Source: Chloropicon primus
Lineage: Eukaryota
Direction of reading: 5' to 3'
Length of the DNA stretch: 64,000 bases
Assembly (NCBI GenBank): GCA_023205875.1
Contig: CP060765.1
Coordinates: 372,001-436,000, forward strand
Shown here: positions 55,901-64,000 of the stretch, in pieces
Layout: every line of letters starts with the position of its first letter
Position numbering within the stretch: position 1 is the stretch's first letter
Made by a program: the position numbers and the translations under genes
Notes under the pieces: model-generated
Seen by the model: the letters and a program-made list of their open reading frames with translations, nothing else
What the model was told of the DNA's origin: nothing
Database searches by the model: none

Positions 55901-57644
55901 TGGCGGTCATGTAGTCAAAAGCGCTCGATGTGCACTGCAGGAGCAGAAGGACCATGGAATTGACCAACTGCATTTCCAGCTTCAACCCCCCGTTCAGCTG
56001 GGACTTGAAGTACATGGCCTCGCAGATCTGCATCACCCTGCCTATTCTGGTCTCCCTGGTCTCGTCCGCGCGAGGCACGTTCTGAAACGTGGAGTACCCG
56101 TCCGTGCCCCAAGACACGAACTGTGAGCTCCAGTGCCTGAACTTGGAGGCCTCCGGGAGCCACCCTGTGTTGGTCGCGTTGTGGCAGCCCCTCAAAATTT
56201 GCGTGTGGGCCTCGATGCAGCGCCTCGACCTCTCCAGGGTGGTGAAGGGCCCGATCAACCTCTTCGCGATGAAGTTGTGACTCTTCACCAAGAAGCTGCT
56301 GGGGCATCTCGCGAAGATGTTCGCCAGGAGGAGATACGAGGCGTCCTTCAACTCCTCCTGTTTTGACCACCGGATGCACATGGTGTAAACCTGGTTGACC
56401 TCCACCTGAAACAAGGAGATCACGTCCTGGTTCTTGTAGACGTTCGTGAAGTCGAGCCTGGAAACCACCGAGTCGATTGTCGAGATGTGCAGGTTCCTCT
56501 CCGGCATATCCCTGTGGCTGTCGAGCTGCGCGATCACGAACCTGAGGAAAGTTCGTACGCAATTCACCTCCTCGGGGGTGCTCACGCTCCACCTGATGTA
56601 CCTGCACCCCGCAAGCAGAACGACAGAGAGAGGGTCGTGGCTCGTCCTCTGAGCGAGATTAAACATGTGGTCCACCACCTCCTCGAGGTAGTCCACCGAC
56701 ACCAGGCCCAGCACGGACGACCACTGCTCGAACACGAAACTCCTCGTTAGCGCAAAGGACACCTCGACGGGCCGAAACACTCTCGCGGCGTTCTTGTTCG
56801 GCACCGGCGTGAATATCTTGCTCTCGGGTTTAGAGAACGGGTACCTGTGGACACAGTGCCAGCTTCCCGGCATGCACCATGCCGGGTGCTTGCAGATCAT
56901 ATACGCGCAAAGCTTGATGACCCAGTCGGATACCTCTGCACTGAGTTTTACCTCCCTCGAAAGGAAGGCGTGCATGGCATCGGCCACCGCCAGCTCGACC
57001 AGGTGGCCCAGGAGTTCCAAGAGCGAGTCGCAATTTCTGGGCAGCTTCGCCTTGACCTTGGACACCATGCTGCCGAAAGATATGGAGCCTTGCAGCTGGT
57101 GCATCCAGGGCATGGACGACATCTCCGTGTCGTATCCCGTGAGCTGCTTCGCAAGTCCAGAGCTTCGTGGGAGCATCGAAATCAGCGCAAAGGTCATGGC
57201 TTCCGGGAACTGCCGACCCAGTTTCGCCAGGCGATTGATCTGATTGCAGTACGACGTGTACGACCTCGGGAAGTGCTGGAGCTTGGCGCTGAGCGCCTCA
57301 TTCACCTGCTCGAGCGAGCTCCCCTTCTTCGCGAGGTTCTCCTTGAAACCTGCCAGCGTTCCAATCTTCAAACCAGTCAGGCGGGTGTAGAAGTCGGCAA
57401 ACTTGAACACGGCGTTCGAGCACACTTCCAGGCCCTTTGGAGCGTCCCGGAGGACGGGAAGGAAGGTCTCTGTTCCAGGCTGGAACGAAAGCTGAGACAC
57501 CGAGCTGTCCTGTGCAGAGGTCGAGACCGTAGCGGCCTGAGAATTCAGCACTTCGGACTGGTACTTTCTAAATGTCGAGACGCTTGGAGGCCCTCCGGCA
57601 TTTCTGCCGGACCCAAGCGACCCCAACGAGTTCATGGACCTCAT
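49950..57644 (-). CDS. Large HEAT/ARM scaffold, divergent Furry/Tao3/MOR2-PAG1-like protein (2564 aa, single exon)
   Basis: Long ORF with coding-type codon use; segments LAGCRYIRW, EAWALASLCHSDEGIR, YFWITIAIM..IYIHCLDLL, DGVGQLLLWG recall MOR2-PAG1 N and C domains. CDS is secure, family call moderate. Confidence 0.7.
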   Translation of the reverse strand: MRSMNSLGSLGSGRNAGGPPSVSTFRKYQSEVLNSQAATVSTSAQDSSVSQLSFQPGTETFLPVLRDAPKGLEVCSNAVFKFADFYTRLTGLKIGTLAGFKENLAKKGSSLEQVNEALSAKLQHFPRSYTSYCNQINRLAKLGRQFPEAMTFALISMLPRSSGLAKQLTGYDTEMSSMPWMHQLQGSISFGSMVSKVKAKLPRNCDSLLELLGHLVELAVADAMHAFLSREVKLSAEVSDWVIKLCAYMICKHPAWCMPGSWHCVHRYPFSKPESKIFTPVPNKNAARVFRPVEVSFALTRSFVFEQWSSVLGLVSVDYLEEVVDHMFNLAQRTSHDPLSVVLLAGCRYIRWSVSTPEEVNCVRTFLRFVIAQLDSHRDMPERNLHISTIDSVVSRLDFTNVYKNQDVISLFQVEVNQVYTMCIRWSKQEELKDASYLLLANIFARCPSSFLVKSHNFIAKRLIGPFTTLERSRRCIEAHTQILRGCHNATNTGWLPEASKFRHWSSQFVSWGTDGYSTFQNVPRADETRETRIGRVMQICEAMYFKSQLNGGLKLEMQLVNSMVLLLLQCTSSAFDYMTAIVLPAMLGEGTMHRKENDSKEWKLAALITLRVIMDSNSNFVHYARESIAREQDEEHNHITFAEFFQEVLSSYTSMVRGVVKLTAKNVPQSSLLIFPHIQVSSQTDMEVLDDRIDIAPELVAAARHSISICKEALEERSEHLSNYVKTKVAKQDEGRGGVTKNVSESLWLANRIRLRNIESHGQGGFRKLQEDAKVSRETTRSRLQAEYVSMLAFLDPNYLCGLEAGAESSIQISLFAQDSILLKNASLAVQDVAESLPSRIPDLLALICKKASSTVFSSVHQITFSLGHVGHLIEQWLHHLGAKSDLPSVMLSESLQPLHMVEAWALASLCHSDEGIRICAFRILQLTGKIGEVLQNLKGGGEGEGAGKNLVPKSQFSSCSSIFLGDALIDKAFYRASTDYAELDGIHLPSLRSDAGTILQPTVAGLVTSKHTGKCWPKVSRISKGIERTMQSKASEVELTKSELHLNLILEIGEAICDQKKYQPTLIELWQILKEGLNRMPSLTNAMKEEASGNTLVTTMCFFFAVASCAREEESSELGAQHALHYGEKKEVIIERPSQWSAVIEEDGAVRNVGTSPMDEDHLSQALHKWSCYCSETDMKNAASTLRFGSLMDQDINFEQVRKWIENKRSRKYDKAQRIPIAEDVRKRIISFMSSKSILSNVLKSDHNMKEIVYKSVKSAHWSSMITVVQCLIAWYEETSTSMKTGILLELITYLLTSHNIHLSMQYSDNMLDCVLTVISALEQDLEKLIIGEDRKAGQEVVISSDKIDCIFKHHKLIEQHASLLCFLSSTFKKLYGSQEDLWPARKRKQSLMFLSRVSAIMVEILGRENTDNQMEDKKERIEALVNPVALALNEVVSVCSVDDIEREVRFPKAFEKMNHHLSFTLRLLLDSRKPGFKLDSSIRACINSKKSARHFNALYHYILVSSSRLTGPIEFEDLDSHCVKNIIEHSPTLIMACIREIFRDNAETFGNATKFLIVIAAVLNVTYSDNHDNLEFQATMAMLHGLHHSFSSTKDAYSVDVIKRIAGICTMVSVEVISEACLLLKASLGRGEDTLWILKTLSYWCEPIDTVMLNRAKVDIPETPGDGKEIHSKRMTSSVILSELCSLTVGIYSRGGLSSSIHLAGMVEVWESLCYSHGEFNNSSMIEITTFLMQKSIGGVVSRPLLRRILDTLCKNLQDQMISVLSTSTLKSLELTLNEGAGSRLNQNALSISGLSAMSLSNIFQGMTSFPSKVKYSKLFVASLLMLDSNNDLLRNGMRSLLSSLMSQIKSGRDREPLSDVILKLCNVASDASHGKILEWSSISDEEYPNRDLRATIRACTVYLSGLSNNFDIELGESALDIALSAKNDSLSGRAFEIVACLDCYGKMNMADVCKVMPVMARIFKEKGNHLLGLNKESSTLLQSQETLSSKSLYLCRQVCRFLHGLIAHTSKVDSEKGDLVIYFWITIAIMRCKIRPIYIHCLDLLAGVFSNKGDAYLSAYARNQTKFFWEFCEEWNPKMDGVGQLLLWGTMQDNFPLCVRSLQLFLHGSALTSEDIFHRAQMMQKGDITGTKVFKSAIAVVWLNLVLEENAVPKHASINKHLGFQTFVQLEFFKAKSMVALGEGVTKEWQPFVDVLILGSKGNFANEPHRFLTACARNLGAGLAKRDLLELGEVLTALACKGSKHLRLPVLKMVLVLISQPDKYFASELMEKFFPLMERAFDGEEDYESNEVLGRIKKVITQSNAWRMLQGGLVTLGSFEFFDRVITENGASKLRAALSATIATQTRLDDYNLARDANKSGWDTLFSTGPLLNISEKLARTGKGKGPTHQKKKAEEESFIEQDFLKEFESILKPQAIHGTFLSEEKDSSAKKGLGDFFMDIQSPMGGKPKGPIKVGSKVRRKKTKKPSGGPPPPPPLEVLQATTTTKPARDQPGDDSVSDNYSTDEYYSEDSYSYSYSYSESESESETDLTRSDDDMSSSYDYSSSYSTSTSNLSYSSAD

Positions 57645-58068
57645 ATGCTAAGACTCAACCTTTGTCCCTCCACCACAAAGCCTTAATGCATTATTTTGTG
57701 TTGTTGTATTGTCACAACACAAATCCCGATCGGTGACTGGCGTGATTTCGGACGAAGAGGAGGGCAAAGGTTGAATCTTTCCGTTCCTTGTGCCTCCCCT
57801 GACTCTGTCTTGGCCCCGCCCTTTGCGATGCTGTCCTCCTCCTGGCCCCTTTGCTCACCACTCCCACCGCCTTGGCTTTGAGCCGACCAAGGATTTTTGA
57901 ATTAGTGAGAAATCTTGGAGAACCGCTCCCGCTTGGAGGAGGGGAGGGGGAGAGAAACGAAACGGAAACGGTTCGAGCAACGGAGAGCAACGGAGGGTCC
58001 GGTCGTCGTCCTCGTCATGTGAAATAAGGTAAATGAAAGGTAGAACTTGGAATAGTTATGAGGTGACC

Positions 58069-60054
58069 TCAAGGGAGGGTGACCACTGAGCTCACGAGGG
58101 TCCCGGATGAGTTACCGATGAGGTAAAAGGGAGTCGCGGGGGTCCCGTTGAAGTCGGCGTGCACCGAAAACCCAAAGGACTCGCCCTTGGAGAGAATCGT
58201 GGTGGTAGCTGGCTTTATCTCCAGTCCCTCCAGCTCTTCCGCGCAGTAGTAATAGATGTTGTACTGAGTCTTCTCGTCCAGCAAGTTCTTGATTGAGCTG
58301 GACAAGACGGTTTTCTCCTCGCTGCGGGCCTCGGTCTCCTCCGCGGAGGCGGCCGTCTTCTTGGTGACTTCTAACTTCATTCCTGGGAACGAGTAGACGG
58401 CGGACAGCTGAGTGTTGACCTGCAGGGACTGGGGGCTGGACAAACCCCAGATCAGAGTGGAGGCCTCCAGTTCAGAGTTGAGGTAGGAGGCGAACCAAGC
58501 GGTCAGGTAGGGAGTCCACCTCTGGAATCCGATGCCATCGACGGGCTCCATGTGTCCAGAGCTCCTGAGCACGGTCATGAGCTTCGGGCCCTTGAGCAAG
58601 GCGGAGTCGTAAATCGTGCCCTTGATCGGGAGGGGCGGGGTCACCAAGTCGTTGCCGCCGGCCGACACGAAGGCGGGGACTTGGACCCTGTCGAATCCAA
58701 AGCCCACCAGCGGCGCGGGGTGGATAGCCGCCACGCACTTCACGGCGCCTTTCGACCCATACCTCGAGGCAGCCGCAAGGGATCCGGCCCCGCCCATGGA
58801 ATGCCCTGCGAGCCCAACCCTGGCAGGGTCCACAGCCCCGAAGAGGAACGACCCTGGTCTCTTGGTCTCGCTGGCCAGCCAAGGAATGCACTCCAGGAGG
58901 TCCCCGCCGTCAAAGAGATTGAAAGACTCGGGGGCAATCACCGCAAAGCCGTGAGAGGCAAAGTGCCTCATCTTGGTCAAGTAATCGCGGGAGGAGCCGC
59001 CAAGGCCGTGCCCGAAAATGATCACAGGAAACTTGGAGCCGGCCTCGCCCCTAGGGACCGTGATTCGGGCTCGAAAGCTGCCAAAGCCGTACGTGCGAGC
59101 CACGGTGACAGACCTCGTGTCGTGCTTGTACTCTCCGGGCATTGCATAGAACTCATACCGAGCGTTATCCAAGAAGTTCAGGCCCCTCTCGTCGTAATCA
59201 TCGTCGTCGTCGTAATCACCGTCGTCGTCGTAATCACCATCGTAGCCTGGGTCCTCTGGGTCCGAGGGCACCGGAGCCGGCTTTTTTGGCACCGGAGCCG
59301 GACTCGGCGGCAGGGGCGCGATCGGGGGGCACCACGGGAATGGGAACACGCCGCAGATCCAGTAGAACAGGGGCTGGGCAGGAAGTTGCTTCACGCTCCC
59401 ACCGCCACCGTTGCCGGTCTCCGGGACTTGGAGCTCCTGCTTCAAGAGGGGCTCGATCTCGCTCGCGGGGATGATCGCCGCGTACACGAGGGAGAAGGCG
59501 CACCCCTCGTCCGCTGAGGTGCACTTGACGGTCAGCCTGTCAAAGCTCTCGCTCTGCCATATGCTGTCCAGGTAGGACATCGGGAACAGAAAGGACACGG
59601 CGCTCGCGCCTTGCTGGCCGCCGGAAGCCCTCAAGACGTAGTTGCTCATGGGTATCTCGGGCAGCACGTATCGCCCAAAGGCACCCGCGAACTTGGCGCG
59701 GAAGGTCAGGGACTCCAGCAGGCCCGGATCGCAAGACTGGAACTGCAGCAGGAGGCAGTCCTTCCCGGTCAAGCTTGACTCCTTTCCACCGCTTCCCCTC
59801 TGCAAGTAGAAGGACTCGTGAATGCTGAGATCGAAGGCCGTCGAGGCTTCGGCAGCCCCGCACGACTCGCGATTGCCCCTCAGACCAAGGGAGTCCGTGC
59901 CGATCTTCCACCCATTCTCCCCCTCTCCCTTGTTGAAGATCACTCTCTCCGAAGTCTTCGCAGCCCAAGCGTCGCGCGGCGACGCAAGGCAGGCCACGAT
60001 CACCACGATCAAGCAAGCTCTCGTCACCATCCTCCACGACGAAGATGATCCCAT
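58069..60054 (-). CDS. Secreted alpha/beta-hydrolase (chlorophyllase/cutinase-like) with N-terminal domain and Pro/Asp-rich linker
   Basis: Signal-peptide-like ACLIVVIVACLA; PVIIFGHG, FASHGFAVIAP, AGHSMGG, GGNDLV, SGHMEP. Confidence 0.85.
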   Translation of the reverse strand: MGSSSSWRMVTRACLIVVIVACLASPRDAWAAKTSERVIFNKGEGENGWKIGTDSLGLRGNRESCGAAEASTAFDLSIHESFYLQRGSGGKESSLTGKDCLLLQFQSCDPGLLESLTFRAKFAGAFGRYVLPEIPMSNYVLRASGGQQGASAVSFLFPMSYLDSIWQSESFDRLTVKCTSADEGCAFSLVYAAIIPASEIEPLLKQELQVPETGNGGGGSVKQLPAQPLFYWICGVFPFPWCPPIAPLPPSPAPVPKKPAPVPSDPEDPGYDGDYDDDGDYDDDDDYDERGLNFLDNARYEFYAMPGEYKHDTRSVTVARTYGFGSFRARITVPRGEAGSKFPVIIFGHGLGGSSRDYLTKMRHFASHGFAVIAPESFNLFDGGDLLECIPWLASETKRPGSFLFGAVDPARVGLAGHSMGGAGSLAAASRYGSKGAVKCVAAIHPAPLVGFGFDRVQVPAFVSAGGNDLVTPPLPIKGTIYDSALLKGPKLMTVLRSSGHMEPVDGIGFQRWTPYLTAWFASYLNSELEASTLIWGLSSPQSLQVNTQLSAVYSFPGMKLEVTKKTAASAEETEARSEEKTVLSSSIKNLLDEKTQYNIYYYCAEELEGLEIKPATTTILSKGESFGFSVHADFNGTPATPFYLIGNSSGTLVSSVVTLP

Positions 60055-61785
60055 CGCAAGATCCCTCCTCTGTCTCTCTCTCTCTGTCTCTCTCTCTCTC
60101 TCTCGTACGCTCCCGCGATCGATAAGGTCGCCAAGCCTCTCCCGCTTTCTGCCACGCCCCTCACGCTCCCCTGCTTGACTTGCCACCGATCGCGCGCGAT
60201 CGCACGGTTTCCCTTCCGATTGCTCCGATCGATCGATCGATCGTGGACCACGTCTAAAGGCAAGCAGCGCGCACTCGCTTGACGTCCTCGGTCAAGGTCT
60301 GGTCTTCGTCGTCGTGTCCACCCTCGATATGGCATCCTCTGCTCTTGCCTTGGCCAAAGCTCTGCGATCGATCGGGGACGAGTGCGATCGATCGATCACC
60401 CCCAATGATCAGGGCGTAGGTAGGTCCTCGCTAGAGAGGGACCATATGTGTTTGCTCTACTCGACTCGCTCCACGTCGTTGATGATGAGCTACTTTACGT
60501 TGAGTGGTTGCTTCACTGGGATCGAACGCGAACGACTGGTGCTGGAGGCCTCGAACCTCGAGCGAAACCAACTTGTGGAACCCTTCGCGTGACCTTCTGC
60601 CTCTTCTATCGCGACAGGGTTGGGCGAACCAGCACGCCTCTCGAGCAACCACTCCCAAAGATGCCATCTTTGAGTTTCAACTCGGGCACACTTTCCTTTC
60701 GCTGGACACACACACACACACACACAGAGAGAGAGAGGGGGGGGGAGCAAGATGGCCCGCGACTTTCCGCACCAGGAGCCTTTGATTCCGACGCAAACTC
60801 CGTCCCTCAACGAGTCCGGCACGCACCGAAACCTAGCCCCCCCCCCGAGTTTGAGTCAAGACCAGTCGAGAGCAAGTCTGCAAGTCTGTCCAAGAGGCCG
60901 CGTCGCGTCTTTGCCTGGTTGGGCGCCGCGATGGCGTGTTCCCACGCGGTCGATCAAAAGAGAGGGGAGGAATCAAGGTTGGAGGGAGGGCGAGGGAGTC
61001 GCAAGTCGATGGGCTCCCCACTCGGTCTCTATCTGTCTGTCCCACACGTGGAAGCGTGTGAAGCGTGTCTAGAGCTTGGAGGAAGGCGGGCCTCTTCTCT
61101 TGCTCTTCGTGGGGCGTGGGATGAAGGGCAGGGAGTTCGTACACTCCTTTCTCTTTCTTCTCTTCTCCCACTGGTTGACTCTCTTGGACGTGTTTCTTAC
61201 GCGAGTCAACGATTGGCGCCATGAAGGATGTTGACCTCCTCTTCGGGGTTTCCTTAATCACAACCCAAGAGACACGGGTCTCCAATGGGCTAGGTTCCCC
61301 TCCCTGGTGGAGGGGGCGGAGGTCGCTCTCCATTCGACGCAAGGCGTCACACGAGGAAGGACCACCGTAAACCCGAATCGAGTGGTAAGACGTGTTTAGA
61401 ACCTGGGACCATGAAACGAGACACCAAAAATGGTCCCACGGGTGACGTCTCGTGTTGAACGGAGCTTGAGGGGGGGGAAGAAATCAGTCGAGAGAGCGAG
61501 AGAGCGAAAACAAGACCTTGACCTCAGTCAGTGACTTACCATCGACGACGACGACGAGGTTGACCAACACACGACCAGCGGTAGAGTGAGACGGAGGGTC
61601 GACGAAGGGGAAGGTTTCGTGTTTGTGTGTTGCGTGGACTTGGAGAATTGGTTTGACCCGTTGACCAAGAGCACATTCTCTTTGAGTGTGTTTGTGGAAT
61701 TTAGTCAAATAGTTTTTGTCCATCGCTAACATTTTTTTGTTCGCGAGGAGGAGGAGCCGAGTGAAGAGCAACTTGAAAGGAAAAG

Positions 61786-63819
61786 ATGCCAACGACGGAC
61801 GTTCCCAAGCTACCTGGGTACCAGATATCAGGGGTAAGTCAGCGCCGCTAGCGGACCTTGGCGAAACAACAACATGGGAATGGGTCTAAACATGGGAAGC
61901 GGCAACAACATGTTGCTTCATTCACTCAACACGAAAACGAACGAAAATTCTGACCACGCGGACACTTTTGATGCTCTTTTGTTGCACAGTTTTCTGGTGG
62001 CAAGCCTCATGGTCGCACGCAGACCTTGAAGTATGTCAATGGCTACGCCATCGCGGACCTCCCAAAGGCCGCTGCCATGGAGGCCATGGTCCCCCCGGAA
62101 ATGCCCGAAGGTTCTGCGGAGCCCCACGCCGACGACGACGCCAAGAGCACCGAGGGCGGAATCCCAATGTCAAAACTCCCAGCCTGGGTGGCTTTCGACA
62201 GGAAGGTCTGCAGATTCTACGCCTACTTCAAGGAGGGCGTCGATGAGAGCTACCAAGAGAACTACCGCATCAGGAAGTGCATCATTTACTATTACTTGGA
62301 GGACGACTCCATCCACGTGGCCGAGCCGAAGCAGGAGAACAGCGGCATCCCACAGGGCGTCTTCATCAAGAGGCACATCATTCCCAAGGACGGGAACCCA
62401 AAGGACTTCTTCAACATCATGGACCTGAAGATCGGCGAGGACGTCAGCTTCTACGGGCGCGTCTTCCACATCGTGGACTCTGACCCTTTCACCAGAGCTT
62501 TCTTGGCCGAGAAGGGCGTCGAGGTTCCGCAGGCCTTGCCTTACCCAACCGAGCCCATCGAGAAGTACAGAGACTCTCTCAGGAAGGTGAAGTCCGGCGG
62601 GCCACCAAAGCCGAGGGACGACGACTTGACGAGGTACGTCGAGGCCAAGCTCGGAAGGGCCTCCAACATCTTGCTTCAGGACAAGCTGAAGCAGTTCATC
62701 GAGAACGACGGAAAGGTCCTTCGATTCTTCTGCGTCTGGGACGACCGCAACAAGCTCTACGGAGACAGGAGGCCTTACGTCCTCCACTACTTTTTGTCCG
62801 ACGACACCGTCGAGATCTTGGAGGTCAACGAGCCAAACAGCGGCTGCGACCCCTTCCCACTGATGCTCAAGCGATCCAAGCTTCCAAAGGGGGAGCTCCA
62901 GTTCGACATGTCTTTGGGCAAGAGAAGCGATGACTACTACAACATCGAGGACTTGGGCATCGGGAAGGTCATCAATGTGTACGGCAGGCCTTTCCTGCTT
63001 CACGACTGTGACGAGTTCACCAAGAAGTGGTACACCACCAAGGGAGGCAAGGAGGAGGTCGACTTCGCTCCTTTGGACATCTCCGAGGAGCCAGAGAACG
63101 TGCCAGAGACTAGCTTGCCAGAGTACAACGGGTTCGGTAGCCTCGAGGACACTCAACAGAACTGCATTTCCCTCATCCCAAAGCCACCAAAGAAGGACTT
63201 CCACAAGCTCATGTACAACGAGAAGAAGGTTCTCAGGTTCGTGGCCAAGTTCTACGAGGGAGAGGGACAGCACCTGTCGTACTCGGACATCGACCGTATT
63301 TTCATCCTTTCTTACTTCTTGTCGGATGACACCATTGCTATCTTCGAGCCACCGGCGAGAAACAGTGGAATCATCGGCGGGAAGTTCTTGGAGAGGTCTA
63401 GCGTGAAGAAGCCTGGTACCGTGGAGCCCTACATGGAGAACGACGTGTACGTCGGATCTCTGTTGAACGTCCACAACCGGATCTTCGAGCTCGTGGAGGC
63501 TGACGAGTACACCCTCCAGTACATGGAAGAGAACAAGCACATCTTCCTGTTCTCGGACATCTCCAAAATCCTAGAGGCGCTTACGGACAGCATCAGAGGA
63601 AAGGACAAGGACATCCGTTCGGCATTCATTGACATAGACAAGAACGGCACGGGATACATCTCCTTGGAGGAGCTCGAGGCGGCCCTCAAGGCGTCTGGAA
63701 TTTCCCACAACAAGCAGGAGCTCGTGACCCTGATGAGGAAATTCGACATCGACAGAACCCAAAAGGTCTCCGTCCAGGAGTTCTTCGAGACCATTGGTTT
63801 GGACTTTAGCCAACAGTAG
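61786..63819 (+). CDS. EFHC1: Axonemal protein Rib72/EFHC1 (three DM10 domains + EF hands); exons 61786-61833 and 61990-63819
   Basis: PAWVAFDRKVCRFYAYFKE, ENSGIPQGVFIKRH, GKVLRFFCVWDD, RNSGIIGGKFLER, DKNGTGYISLEE. Confidence 0.95.
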
Positions 63820-64000
63820 AACCCCGCGGAACAAGGCTTGTGACCGACCCGGTCAAGCGGAACGGCTCTGCCTGACCAATCCATTGTTATCATTTAAGAA
63901 CCAAAAACTTTAAAAAAAACCTTGTAATCAGAAACGAACGACGAAACACTTTTCCAACCCAACCCAAACCCAAACCCGACACTGTCCCCTCCGATGGATC

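Noticed and set aside
60329..60592. Short ORF containing ALAKALRSIGDECD, resembling a BH3 motif
   Set aside because: The motif is partly produced by CGAT repeats, the rest of the ORF looks non-coding, and Bcl-2 family proteins are not known in green algae; probably chance.
63955..63977. (AAACCC)n run resembling a telomere repeat
   Set aside because: Only about three copies, lacks the T of CCCTAAA, and lies in an ordinary 3' flank.

Overview
Gene-dense, GC-rich eukaryotic nuclear DNA with short GT-AG introns, very short intergenic spacers and many microsatellites. Gene content (organellar RecG, MurF, PDAT, an expanded family of 'GGHLxVLxWL' ankyrin-repeat genes, axonemal genes) points to a compact green-algal genome; a Chloropicon-like picoplanktonic chlorophyte is my inference, not proven. 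I can support about 35 protein-coding genes and worked out exon structures by eye where splice sites restore conserved motifs. I saw no rRNA, tRNA, CRISPR array or intact transposon. All family calls come from recalled motifs, with no database search. Highlights: (1) a SNIP1/DAWDLE FHA protein whose N-terminus looks like the N-terminal region of SF3B1, an apparent fusion of two interacting spliceosomal factors; (2) a three-exon homologue of the p2 subunit of the MTA1c 6mA DNA methyltransferase complex; (3) an intronless archaeal-type ProRS with an insertion; (4) a phosphotransferase gene bracketed by two remnants of an ankyrin-gene 3' end; (5) a hairpin-rich 198-bp tandem array; (6) an 84-bp duplicated segment with almost only synonymous differences; (7) a probable frameshift in a HARE-HTH gene; (8) MurF plus a LysM protein, several cilia-specific genes, and a secreted chlorophyllase/cutinase-like hydrolase.
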